Assembly: GCF_006345805.1 (NCBI RefSeq)
Contig: NC_043009.1
Coordinates: 25,420,001-25,484,000 of the forward strand
Direction: 5' to 3'
DNA: 64,000 nucleotides
Source: Octopus sinensis
Lineage: Eukaryota
Below, in pieces: positions 11,701-24,826 of this stretch (position 1 is its first letter; the number at the start of each line of letters is the position of its first letter). A model generated the notes under the pieces. It was not told the DNA's origin and ran no database searches. It saw only the letters and a program-made list of their open reading frames with translations. The translations under genes and the position numbers were made by a program.

Positions 11701-14700
11701 CAACTTTTATCCTAGGGAATAAATGTACTCTTTGTGAAGAATCGCTGCTGGAAAGACTGGTAAGAACAGTAGTTGTTACATCGAGGAACTCTTTAAACGA
11801 TTTCCTCAAGCTACTGAACCCCTATCTAAATTTTATGGACTCCACCCACCCATTATCACAACAAACAAAACAAATACAGTCTTTTGAAAAATGAAGACAA
11901 TATTTTCTTTTTTATTGAAAGAATTAAACGATCATAATGGATTTCAGAATTTTTCAGACGCGATGGGTTAGAAAAAACAGGTCAAACCCTGTCTGAGAAA
12001 AGTCCATGAGACACCATTACAGGAATAAAATCTTAAGTGATCACAAGAAATCTTTATGTGAAATGACCAATAACATATGCTAACATATAAGTTTAAATTG
12101 TAACCCCCCCCCACACACACATGTGATCGTGACCGACCAGACAATCGGAAGTTGTTATACATCGCTGGTCACAATGCGCTTTACATCCACTTAGCTTTCT
12201 AATGATGCCACCGCGTATGTACGTCAAATTGTAATAAAACAATTTAACATTAAACTGAAGAAAAATCAATACCTTTATTTTAAGAGTACATAGCTTATCA
12301 AATCTTTACAAGGTGGGTGACAGTGAGTTCGAAGTTTCGGCCTGCTAACCTTCATTTCACACAAACACACACACACATGAATATTAAAAAGAAAGGACTT
12401 TTACTAATTCAGTTTTATTGATTAAGAATGTGGTACACGTCTAAGATGTTTAGAATATGCCACAGCCAAAACATTCTTTCAAAATCAGACATTGATATTA
12501 ATTCAATCTGAACTTTTCGGAACCTCCATCGAAACCCGAAGGGAGTTTTAGATGTGTTAGTAACCCAAAAGAGTTAAAGACACGTCTTCTAGAACCAAAG
12601 AAACAACGAAAAAGAATTGCATTACTGATTCTGGAAAGAAAAACGATGAAGGAAGAAAGTATTTATAATAAATCTATCAGTGAAGAAGAGAGGAAACTGG
12701 CCTCCTGAAATTTAGGTCGATCATAAACAGAACCTCTAAATATCGATTTGTTAATGAGAAATGATGAGATCAGGGAAAGGAGAAGAAACAGGAGTTGCGA
12801 CATTTATAACCCTCTCTCTATCCACTTAACAAACATTACTCGTCCGAAGTGAAGCAACCGGGAGCTAAATTTAGAATCACATTGGAAAAAAAAAAAGAGA
12901 AAACAAACCAACCAGATGCCAGACGAAACCACACTAAACTGCATAGCCATACTTGAATATATGTAAAAATAAAATATTAGGTTTTTAATAAGGAGACGTT
13001 AAAAGAGAGATTAACTTGGCCTGCCAGAAATAACAGCTAAATCTACCTGAAGTGACATATTTCAAAGGAATATATTAGATAATATACGACTGAAAAAGCT
13101 GCCAGATGAAATCAGGGGCTGACATGGAATCGGTCAACAGGTACATTTTTAACAAATTGACCACCACAGCATGTATGAGCAGCATATTTTCGAGAAGCGG
13201 GCCGCATGCGACATGGTTCATCATCATGCGAGCCGCACGACTACTAAAAAAAAAAACCAAGGTAACTTTTTGCTTGGCATTCAGAATGTTCAGTGGACCA
13301 CATTCTGCTCATGACTGATCTATAGTAATTTCTTACTGATTTAAACATTTAAAAATTACACACCAATAAAAAAAAATCCATCTTTAAAAATAACCATAAA
13401 CACCCGAAAATTAAATAAGTCAGAAATAGATTACGTCACATCTGTTATAAAGATAAAAAAAAACAATCTCATCTTCAAGAGTATTTGATAGCTACCCCCA
13501 AAATCTCATGACTAGTACACAATAACATCATATGATCTCATTTGTCATATGAATAATGAGGTTCAGTTGTATAATAAAACAAGGATTGGCAAACGAAACG
13601 GATGTTTGCACTAAAATTTTATCCCAAAAGAAAAGGTGCGGTGACGAATATCCCATGACATTCCATCCCCCTATTGGAAAAGTACTACTTTCCAAAGGTT
13701 TCCCTTACTAAAAGCACAAGACCTCTTTAAAAAAAACCCAGACAAGTGAATTAAGAATAAAATGGCCAACACAGGTTGTTGGGGGTAGAGATTTATGAAT
13801 TTTCTCTATCTCCCTGATTACGTAAAACCTCTCACAAGACTTGTATAGAGAGGGCAATATCCTCGACTCCACCGCCGTAGATATAACGATAACAATCTAT
13901 GTTGTCATTGTGTGTGTACTTTAAGTTTGGTACTTCACCGTTCAACCTTTGCTATTTCACCCCGAAAAGTTAGTACTTTGACCACGTTTATCTTAAGAAT
14001 TGACCTTGTGTTTCAAGAAGGACGGCTGCCGAAAAATCGAACATGAAAGACCAGATACTTTGTAGTGCACCTGCCCTCATTAACCGAGATGTGCCCAAAA
14101 TTTCAGCGATAAATATAAGCCACTGAAGCTCGACTTCAAGCCAACAAGGGAACCTCGACCTACTAGAAAGAGCTTGCCAAATCGACAATACATCCATCAT
14201 ATAAGACAGACACACCGAATAATGTAGTATCAGACATTAAATCTGGGAGAGAGAAAAAAAAAAGTGGTATTGTCGTGGCTGGAACGCCTTTGATAAATCT
14301 GCTAGAGGGGTTAAACTATCATTTCGAAATGAGATTAAGATTAGTAGTGGTAGGCCAACGAAAATAAACTGTCCGAAACTTGAATATTTCCTCTCTCGGC
14401 AAACCTTCTCAAACAACACTTAAGATTAGATTGTTAATAGTTACAAAGTACAAAATAAATAGGTTTTATTTAAAGTAAATAAAGTGCTGCTATAAACGAA
14501 GATATGAATTTAGGTGTGCCATCATTGAAATATATACAGAGAGAGGAGTGAAGATAGATCGACATTTTACGTATGCTAAAAATCCAGTGTTTCTCTTCCG
14601 AGTTGAGAGCATGTCGACTGGCCTTCACCTTTGCTTCAACTTTTCATTTATATCTACAAATAATTCTTTCTCGCCAGACACAAATGCCTGAATCAGTTTT

Positions 14701-17516
14701 TTTCTTTTTTTCATGTGGTGGTAGTGGGTGTTAGTCGATAACCATCGATCCTCAGTACTCGACTGGTATTTCATTTTATCGACTTCGAAAAAAAGAGGAG
14801 AGACGACGTTTTAACCTCGGCGGGAGTTGAACTCTAAACGGAAAACGCCGTAACTAAATTCCGCAAAGATCCGTATACGATGTCCTAACAATTCTGCTTA
14901 TCCACCACCCTTCATACATCGATTAATAAATATATATCACTTAGATACTATTGTAGAAAAATATAGTAAGTCCGTAGTCGAGCAAGAATATTCTGGTCGA
15001 CCTGTTTTCGGAACATCCCATTGTTTCACTCGACTGTAAAATATTCTTCGGAAGTGAATGAACGTGACAGGTCTCCGTTCCGGCGGTGTCAGCTAAAATA
15101 TTAAGAATCTTAAGATGCCTGTGCGAGAAACCAATCTCAATACATCAACACGTAACAGCAACCATCTCCAGTGGTTGTGACAGTAGCACACAGCTGAGCA
15201 CGATAAGAGAGAGAGAACCTGTAGCTAGCTACTGGGCGAAGCAGCCACAAGATTAAAAATCACCCACCTACCCTCATATCTTACTTCATTTATAGTATTT
15301 ACAGTAGTCCAACTAATATATTAAATATATTAAACGAAGGGCGAACGAAAGGGAGTCAATAGATAGGAAGAAAGCTGTGGAACAGAAAACATTCGTTCCA
15401 AAGAGAATCGACGAAAGAGCGGAAAGAGAGAGAGAGAAAGAGTGTGTGCGTGAGAGAGAAAAAGAGTGTCTTCACGTGACTTATTAGTATGCCGAATCCC
15501 ATATATACCCCAGCACCTCACTGGATACTAAGAGAAGATTATCACCGACCTCAACATACATTCATTTATAGTAAAAATTTAAGATCCCAATATTTATTTT
15601 AACGTCTGTTAAGGAATCTACGAGCTTATAAAATATTCTGTTCCGTTATGGAAGTATTTATATGTGAGATTTTTAGACGTTTCTTGTCTATGAGAACTAG
15701 AAACCTATAGATACTAGGCAAGCCAGGAATCAGACAGGGGACTATCTGAAATATAACACTTTTAAAGGGTTATACTGGAGAGAAAACCGCGAATGATCTG
15801 TATGTGTGTGTGTGTCCCTGCACACACTCGCACACATACAGGGCCGAGTGCAAAACAATGGATTAAAACAGTGGTGGTGGTGTGTGTGTGTGTAGTGATA
15901 AAAAATGGTACGAAACCGATTCTGTCCGAGAGAGTATGAGGAGATGAGTGTGTGGAATGGAAATTAAACAGAGACGAGCATTTATAAAATTATGACGTAC
16001 TTCCAATTAGAGAGATAAGTAAATGAAAATTAAGGGATCGGGGTAAGGGGCGGGGATGGTTTATACATTTAAAATATTCCTGCCTTGTTTTAATCAAGAA
16101 ATATTTACACACACACACAAACTTCAGGACAGCTATAATTTAGAACCAAAAAATAACTTAAGGGTAACGATGTTGAAAATTATAACAGGTGTGTGAAACG
16201 AGAAGAAAAATATGTTCTAATTAAATATACGATCGACAGAGAGAGGACTGCCAATGAGTGGGCGTGTGGTTTAGGCTTTGAGAGAGAGAGATGTATATAT
16301 GTAAAATATATTGTTGAATAATTTGAGATTCTTCAAACTCACAAGACAGGCGAACGGTTTCTTTGTCTTCAACCCTTTCCCTCTGTGCCTCATTTCTTGA
16401 AAAAAACCAAAAAACCTACTACCCCATATATATTTAAAATGCTTTCCAGCCTGTCAACATATATATTTCAAATACAATCACTCTGCTCTCTTCAACTTAT
16501 GGCGTGACTCGACACTTATTCTACCATAATTACACATTATCAGAATTCAAGTTAAAAGAAAATAAGACACGTCAATTAAACGGCGTATCTCATCACTCGA
16601 ACACGAAAAATAATTACTTAACAGTCCTGCTATACATACGCACGTGTGTGTAGAATATAAAATAACCATATTTTACTTATTAAAACCCAACTGCATAATA
16701 TATGCAGATATTACAAGCTAAAAATATACCTCGTCTTGTACATGTGTAGACACTTTGGAAATAAAGCGCCTCGCTACCACTACACACACCTTATTATATA
16801 ATATCTCCATACAATACGCTTGAGTGTATAATGTCTATATCTTCATATTAAACGAATATATATTAAATACACCAGCGTAAATGTAAGGGGGTGTTTCTCA
16901 ATTTTATTTGCTTAAAGTGTTTCCCATCACTCCTGTAAACACTTTTCCGAAAGGTATTGGACTAACCAGTATGGAAAGCACCATAAGAGTGTGTATAGGT
17001 TTAAAACTTTCAGATTATACACATACACAAAGTATGTCAAACAAAACCGCAATTAATACCTTAATTACAGTTAAACGGAAACAGACTACAACTGGTTAAG
17101 CACAGAGGTGTGACTGTAATCAGGAAAGGGTACGGTTTTTGACAAGACCCACCGCCCTTCCTCGGCAACAAATTAACGTCTTAAATAAGGGTAGAAGAGC
17201 AAAAAAAGATCACATTAGGACACAAAAACCAAAGATAAAAATTAACCCTACACATCTCATAACTTTGTAGACAGAAAGATCTGTGTGTGCGAGTGGTTGT
17301 ATAAGAATGATTATGTCTCAAAAGGAGGAAGAGATGAAGCGGCTTGGATTGAACAATAAAATGGATTCGGTGCCTTGTACTAGTAATTCTGGATTTAAAT
17401 CTTGCCGGTATTCCGATGAAATGAACACCAGTAAGACACTGGGAATTGGTATGACAGTAACTACTGCCCCTCCCTCAAGAAACAAAAATAATTGGGCCTC
17501 GCGCCTACGCATATGT

Positions 17517-17549
<33 letters not shown>

Positions 17550-19248
17550 GTTGTCCTCGCTTTTATGGTCTTAAAATTCGAATTGACGAAAGAAAATACA
17601 TGGACGAGAGAAAATTCTACACTCATATAGACATGTGTGAGTGTGTGTATAAGGTATCCTAGGAGTAAAAGCGCAGTCAAAAGACCAATTTGAATTTAGG
17701 ACCGTAAAAGCGAGTGTATATATGTAAATTATTCAGGTAGCTATTCGCAATTTACAACTCTCCGTCACTTTAGTTACGACTATACTTACATACACAAATC
17801 ATATATATATATAATGCACAAAGTGGAATGAAAGAAAAAGATCATCAAGAGATATATTGTGTGATAATTGGAACAGCTATTATTTTCTGAACGTCAGATA
17901 TAATTAAAATATTGTCAAGTCGTATCTTTGCTGTTCTATCAAACCACCTTAGCGGTGTAGTTTCTTTCCACCCTTCGGTCAGCAGCCCTTGTCGAAGAAA
18001 CATTATTATTAACAGGTATTTCCAACCATGACTAACCATATCGTCTTTGATACATCTAAAACTACATTCTTTGAAGTTATCTGGCTTTCTTTCTTTTTTG
18101 TATTTTTCTTACGTTCTAAGAGAGTGGAATGTGATATGAGGGATATTTGATTACCGTTTCCAGCAAAGCTGGACGACCAGTAATAATAGTGACAGCAACA
18201 GCATTGGTTGTAATAATAATATTAATAATTGTCGGTGCCGATAAACAAGGAACGGCCAATCATTTATTTATGTTGATGAGTTTAGTTTCTAGAATGGAAA
18301 CTGACACAGATTGATGTAGGCGGTGGCGGCTACAGTAATAGTAGCAACAACAATGATTTTTATAACATAGGCACAAGGTCACATCTCGGTGAATAGCGGT
18401 GGAGGTGGTGGATAATAGAGAGACTATAGTTATAGATATGTATTGATCACCAATACTAGATTGTTACTAATTTCACTGACCCCAAACAGGATGTGTGTGT
18501 GTGTGAACAGGGCAATGTCGACTGAAGTGAAAACGTTTAATCAACCTCAGGTTAGCCTTGACTGAGTGGACAAAATCAAACTTATGCCCCCCCCCAAAAG
18601 CCGTTCCAGTCGTGACGACAATGCCTCAATTTTTTTCCCCTTGAAATAATACAAATTTAGTTCTAGGCTACCTAATTCAAGGTAGTCGTTTTGTTGGCAC
18701 GGTATGATTTCGCTGCCGTTTCTAAGCTAGTCCACATTACTTGACAGGTGGAACTCCCATGTCAATCCCACACATTCATCCCATGACGAAGGGCGAACCA
18801 ACGGAGTCGACCTAAGCTGGATTCGATCTCAAAATGCAAATGACATTAACTGAAGTTGAACATAAAACAAAATATTATTAATATTAATAGTTAAAACAGT
18901 ATGATTTCGGCAACAAGCCCTGTAAATTTGATGGTGGGGGTGTCAGTCGATATTATCGACCCCAGTACTAGACTGGTACTTTATTTTATCAACCCCAGAG
19001 GGATGAAAGGCAAAGTTGACCACAACAGGATTCGAACTCAAAACGTAAAGGGACGTAATAAATGATAGGGAACTCGGATCACATTAAATTATTATAATTT
19101 AAGGGCTAAAATAACATTAATAATACTGATCATAGTAATATAAAAAATCAGGACAAAACATTTGAAGCAAAGAAGAAAATTATAATGTAAGTATAGAATA
19201 TTATTAAAGGATATAATTATATAGAATATATGCGTGTTTAAAACTTAC

Positions 19249-19324
19249 CACTAAATACCATTGCTGATGTGGCACCCATTACACCAAAAAACGGCGCATA
19301 AATTGGAGCATCTTCGCTAGCCAT
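19249..19324 (-). CDS. ATP6V0C: V-type H+-ATPase V0 16-kDa proteolipid subunit c, coding exon 1
   Basis: Manual translation gives MASEDAPIYAPFFGVMGATSAMVFS plus 1 nt. Context is cacatcATGG and the donor is G|gtaag at 19248. It matches the c-subunit N-terminus (YAPFFGxMG). Confidence 0.97.
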
Positions 19325-20114
19325 GATGTGTGAGTAATTAAGGTTTCAACGATGAACGGGTATATATATATGTATATCTATTGATTATATATCGATAGAG
19401 TGCTAACTATATATATATATAGTAATTATATATATATAGTAAGGTAAGTAATCTGACGATGAATGAACAGGGGTTGTTATAATAAACCTCTGGCTGTGGT
19501 GAAGGTAGCAAGAGACAGGGCAGGGCTGGGCAGGTTCTCTTCAGAGACCAACAACTAAATTGGGAAATATCAAAGACACACGCAAAAATGGCGCAGTAGT
19601 CATATGATTGTGTTGGTTGGACATGAATTACAACAAATAAAGCATTTTCATTGGTCGGTTATAACCAACCAGAATCACGTTAACCAATCTGGTCGATGTT
19701 AACCAATCAGAATCAGTCTTGTTCTGAAATATACATACACTTCCGTTTCCGCTTTTATTTTGCTCTCCCATTTCTGTCTTTCTTTCTTTCCTTCTTTCAT
19801 TTTTGTCTCTTTCTCTTTTCCTCTTCGTAAGTTTCAAAAAAAAGAAGGGGGAAAAAAAGAAAATAAGAACCAAATAAAAAATAGCAATTAAAAAAGTAAA
19901 TTTATAAAAAAATAAATGAATAAAAATTCGTGTCTCATGCCGCCACATGGCAAAATGTTGAGGTTTCGAACCTAAATCTATTTATTTAGGGTTAAAAAAA
20001 ACCCCAGTCACTTATATATTGTAATAATATTTAATATTAAAAGCAATATCTAGTTATATACATATACTCATATATATTTATCTGTAAATATTTACCTTGC
20101 TTTCTCATCTCACG
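19325..20114. promoter_or_regulatory. Bidirectional promoter and 5'UTRs between ATP6V0C (-) and PWP2 (+)
   Basis: Divergent ATGs at 19324 and 20115. CCAAT/ATTGG boxes at 19559, 19650, 19684 and 19703, YY1-like AAAATGGCG at 19585-19593, and ETS-like CACTTCCG at 19738-19745. Confidence 0.8.
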
Positions 20115-20132
20115 ATGAAGTTTTCATTTCAG
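20115..20132 (+). CDS. PWP2: Periodic tryptophan protein 2 (UTP1, SSU processome WD40 protein), coding exon 1
   Basis: ctcacgATGAAGTTTTCATTTCAG|gtaag encodes MKFSFQ. It joins in phase 0 to exon 2 to give MKFSFQFSNLLGSVYRRGN, matching the PWP2 N-terminus (human MKFAYRFSNLLGTVYRRGN). Confidence 0.88.
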
Positions 20133-20849
20133 GTAAGTTTATTTTAAATTTATTATAATTAATTATAAATCATCATCATTATTATTGTTGTTAGTTTTAT
20201 GTTCTTTAATTGGAATCTGATTTAATATTTTAAAATAATTTATCCAATTCCGTCTAATATTTCATCTATTTGCTTAACATCTCTTTATTTTTCTATCATT
20301 TTTTCCCCTCGAAGTTTGTAATTAATTATTAGCGTACAAGTTTTGGTTAAAAAACTTTTTTTCTAAATCAAAGAAATATATAATGTTTTATGTACGATAT
20401 AGGCTATATAATTTTAATTAATAATCATTTTAAAGAAATTAATTGTAAATATCAACATCTTATTCAGCAACATGTTTATTTCACGCACATGCTGTCTTTT
20501 TTCGTGGCTAAAACTTAAGACTCAGCTTAACTTTATAATTATAGTTTGGCGTCTAATATTCGTATGAAGACAAAAATACAACAGTTAACAATTCTAAATA
20601 TGACAGAACCATTTATTTTTTCCCCTTAATATTAATGTTTACTGACCAAAACATTGTATAGAAAACATTTTTTTTAAAGCGAAGTGGTTTGGATTAACTT
20701 TAGGGTTTACACACATGGTTTGGTTTTTAACAAGTGCTTCTTGGAACCTCAGGCATGATACTGTAAACACAGAAAATGCTAAAGGAAGACGAGAAAAACA
20801 AGTCGAATGTGGTATTCGATACACAAACACACATCCTAACCCTAAGGAG

Positions 20850-21005
20850 TGGCTGTGTGGTAAGTAGCTTGCTAACCAACCGCATGGTTCCGGGTTCAGT
20901 CCCACTGCGTGGCATCTTGGGCAAGTGTCTTCTGCTATAGCCCCGGGCCGACCAAAGCCTTGTGAGTGGATTTGGTAGACGGAAACTGAAAGAAGCCTGT
21001 CGTAT
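20850..21005 (+). mobile_element. tRNA-derived SINE family A head, CpG-intact copy
   Basis: ggagtggctgtgtggtaag (A box) ... ggttcagtccc (B box) ... ttgggcaagtgtcttct ... ggaaactgaaagaagcc, followed by (TA/TG)n. More than 15 copies of this family occur in the window. Confidence 0.85.
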
Positions 21006-22014
21006 ATATATATGTGTGTGTGTATATATATACATTTGTATGTGTGTATGTATATATATACATACATTTGTATGTATGTGTATATATATATATATGTGTG
21101 TGTATGTATATATATATATCATCATCGTTTAACGTCCGTTCTCCATGCTAGCATATATATATATATATAAACAGGCTTCTTTCAGTTTCCGTCTACTGAA
21201 TCTACTCACAAGGCCTTGGTCAGCCCGAGGCTACTGTGGAAGACACTTACCGAAGGTGCCATGCAGTGGGACTGAACCCTGAACCATGTAGTTGGTAAGC
21301 AAGCTTCTTACCACACTCACTCCTGCGCCTACATATACATATATATATATATGCGTGTGTGTGTTTGTCCCCCAAGCATTGCTTGACAACCGATGCTGGT
21401 GTGTCTATGTCCCCGTTACTTAGCGGTTCGGCAAAAGAGACCGATAGAATAAGTACTGGGCTTACAAAAAAGAATAAGATGGCCGCAGTCAAATGACTGA
21501 AACAAGTAAAAGAGTATATATATATATATACTCTTTTACTTGTTTCAGTATATATATATATATATAGGGAAATAAAGAAAGCTTCTCACAGTGCATGCAC
21601 ATAAGTATGAATGTGTAGTCAAGAAACTTGCTCCCCAACCATGGGATCTTGAGCAAGTATCTTCCATCATAGCCCAGGCCAACCTGAGCTATGGTAGAAG
21701 ATTTGGTAGATGGAAACTGAAAGAAACCTGTTGAAAAAAACATGTCTGGCCATGGAGAAATACTTCCTTACTTGGAAACAATTGAGGATTGGTTGTAGTC
21801 TTCATAAAGACTGACTTAGTGTTCAAGCAGCAGCAATAATAATGAACTATAGTATTAAAAATAAATGAATAATTAACTATAATTAATATAGTGTTATAAT
21901 TAATGTTAATTATATTACACATTAGAAGCACTAATTTGAGCTAAAATAGGAACATTCTCACAGACAAGCGTCAGGCTATGTGTCTGTTGATTACTGAGTG
22001 ATTGCCATTACTGG

Positions 22015-23570
22015 GCCCTGATTAATATGCTACAGAGCCCTTAATATTCCCTTTATGTGCTCCGGCATATCTTGATTTATCAAGTGCTCTACTGTAGTTT
22101 AAGCGGATATCAAAGACTCTGTAGCATACTGAGTTGATATCAAGGTGCTTGATAACACCTAGACAAAGCCTCTTTTATTTCTTAGAATACTAGGCCATGT
22201 TAAAATAAGGATGACCATTTTCCGCAACCTTCTGCTAATGACCTGCAAGCTTTCAGATTTGGTCGAAGTACCAATCCTTCAGCTTTGAATCAAAAGATTC
22301 TTGGCAAACTTCTTCAACGACTGACTCAAATCGGCGACCTTTCATAAAGTGCTGCATTGATTGGAAGAGACCGTAGTCAGATGGAGCAATGTCCGGACAA
22401 TAGGCTGGATGCGGCAGAACTTCCACACCGTCCAATTCTTCAATCTTGTTGCTGGTCTTCCTGGCAGTATGCAGCTTTGTATTTTCTTTTTGAAACAAAG
22501 CGCGTTTTGACGAACACCGTGAGTCACCATTGAACATGACATGAACTGAATGATCACACACATACACCACAAAAATATATAAAAAAGCATTATTTTAACA
22601 TGGTGCACAAACGTTTTTTTCAGTCTAATATATGCTACAGAGCCCCTGATTTTCTTTTAATACCATCATCATTTTAGCATCTACTTTTCTATTTTTGTAT
22701 TGGTTGGACAGAGTATATTTAAGCAGATCTATGGCTGGATGCCTTCTCTGTTGTCAGCTCTCATCTGTTTCCAAGTAATGTAATATTTCCCTTAGGCAAG
22801 CTGGCAGAATCGTTAGCACGCTGAGCAAAATGCTTAGTGGTATTTTGTATGTTTTTACATTCTGGGTTCAAATTCTACCATGGTCAACTTCACCTTTCAT
22901 CCTTTCAGGGTTGATAAATTATTTACCAGTTGATCCCTGGGGTCAATGGAATCAACTTACTCTCTTCCCCAAGATTGCTGGCCTTGTGCCAAAATTTGAA
23001 GCCCCATGGCTTGGCGCATTTATGCAGAATTGTGGAAATGCATGATATTCATTTACAGCAATGTCAATTCAAGGAGACGTGAACATTCACACACACACAT
23101 GACAGGCTTCTTTCAGTTTCCATCTACCAAATCCACTCCCAATGCATTGGTTGCCTCAAGGCTATAGTAGAAAGCACCTGTGGGGTCACACACAGCTACT
23201 GAACCCAAAATCATGTTGAGAAGCAAACTACTTAAACACATACCCTTAATATGCTTACAGAGCCCCTAATGTTCCTTTACTACTCTGCAGACTACATTGA
23301 TATTCCCATGATATGCTACATGGTTCCCTCATATTACCATAACATGATACAGAACCTGTAATTCCCTTAATATGCTACAAAGCATTGTGATATCTCTTTA
23401 ATTTTCTACAGGGCCACTGACATCTCCTTAATACCCTAGCATCCTTGACATCCTCTTAATAGGTTACAGTGCTTCTTGATTTTTCCTAAATATGCTTTGA
23501 TGCCCCAGGTGTCCCCTTAACATGCAGCAGAACCACCAATATATTTTTAATATGCTACAGAGCACTTGAT
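22015..23570. repeat. Degenerate ~30-nt minisatellite (ccttaatatgctacagagcc-like), interrupted by mariner and SINE insertions
   Basis: The motif taatatgctacagagc recurs at ~22020, 22626, 23245, 23366 and 23548, with degenerate units between and one inverted unit near 22117. Confidence 0.7.
22200..22540 (-). mobile_element. Mariner transposase C-terminal relic (pseudogene)
   Basis: ENTKLHTA...EVLPHPAYCPDIAPSDYGLFQSMQHFMKGRRFES...WYFDQI*KLAGH*QKVAENGHPYF*. This is the mariner HPPYSPDLAPSDY motif and C-terminus, with in-frame stops. Confidence 0.9.
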
Positions 23571-23917
23571 GATGCCTTCATTCCAAATTCATCATCAACA
23601 TTACCACTATTTAATGTCTGTTTTCCATGCTGGCATGGGTTGGATGGTTTAACAGCAGCTGGCAAGCTGGAGGGCTGCACCAGGCTCCAAGTTCCTGTTT
23701 TGGTATGGTTTCTACAGCTGGATGCCCTTCCTAATGCCAACCATTGTACTGCGTGTATTGGCTGCTTTTTACATGACCTCAGCACTATTGTGATCGTAAG
23801 TAACCTGGAAGACAAAGAACTTGGACTTTCTCTGCTAATTTATTTCCATTTTTCCAAGTTAGACCCTGTTTACCATGTCCTCTTCGTTGAGGATAAAAAT
23901 TTGTCGTGTATGTATGG

Positions 23918-23982
<65 letters not shown>

Positions 23983-23986
<4 letters not shown>

Positions 23987-24188
23987 ATCCCTCACCATAT
24001 TGCAGTTTATTGTTTAAGCTTACGTTGATTCCTCTGTGGTGTTGTTTTGCATTTATAAAATAAATATATACAAATTATAAAAATAATTTTTAAAAAATAT
24101 ACTGTGCAGTACTGTTTCTACTTCATGGATTTTCAACTATTGGGGGGTGGGGTTGGAACATAACACCTGCAGTACTTGAGAGATTACC

Positions 24189-24190
<2 letters not shown>
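23983..24190. mobile_element. Tigger/pogo-like MITE
   Basis: Imperfect TIRs agtaatccctc...gagagattaccg. The 3' region ctacttcatggattttcaactat...ggaacataacacctgc resembles Tigger ends. Both sides are flanked by microsatellites. Confidence 0.65.
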
Positions 24191-24233
<43 letters not shown>

Positions 24234-24826
24234 TAAAACAAATGCACACACTGTTCATAGATTATTTAACAAACTTCTTTCATGCAAGCTTTGCACCTTC
24301 CACCTTGCTTACATTTAGGGGACTATAAGGGCTGGACAAAATAATGCAAACAAACTATCATCCCTGTCACAGACTTCTACATTTTCTTTCACCTCATCAC
24401 AGTTGATTGAGTATGTAACAATTGAATGAAATCTGTAATAAGTATAGACTATTGTTTTTCAATGCATTTCAGTCCATCTACAAGTTATCAATTGTGACAC
24501 AATTTGTGACACTTCACATGTTACAACCTGTAAGGCACCTTGAGGAAGTGTCTTCTACTAAAGCCCCAAACTGACTGATACTGTCTGAGGTAAATTTGGT
24601 TGATAGAAACTGTGTGGAAGCCCATGCTGAAATGGATTACAAAAGAAAAGAACCAGGTGGGGTTTGTGTGTGATGAAGTTTGCTCCCCAGTCACATAGTT
24701 TTGGGTTCAGTCCCACTGTGTGACACCTTGGGCAAGTGTCGTCTAGTATATCCTTGTGCCAACCTAAGTCTTCTTAGTGGATTTGGTAAGCAAAAACTGA
24801 AAGAAGCCTGTTACATATATGTATGT

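Noticed and set aside
14985-15050. Imperfect hairpin AAGAATATT...GTCGA/TCGAC...AATATTCTT as a pre-miRNA
   Set aside because: The stem is interrupted and branched, with only 14 bp in two short helices.
18815-19045. GGATTCGA/GTTCGA tRNA B-box-like motifs suggesting tRNA genes
   Set aside because: They lie in SINE family B heads with no cloverleaf. I found no bona fide tRNA, rRNA or snRNA gene in the window.
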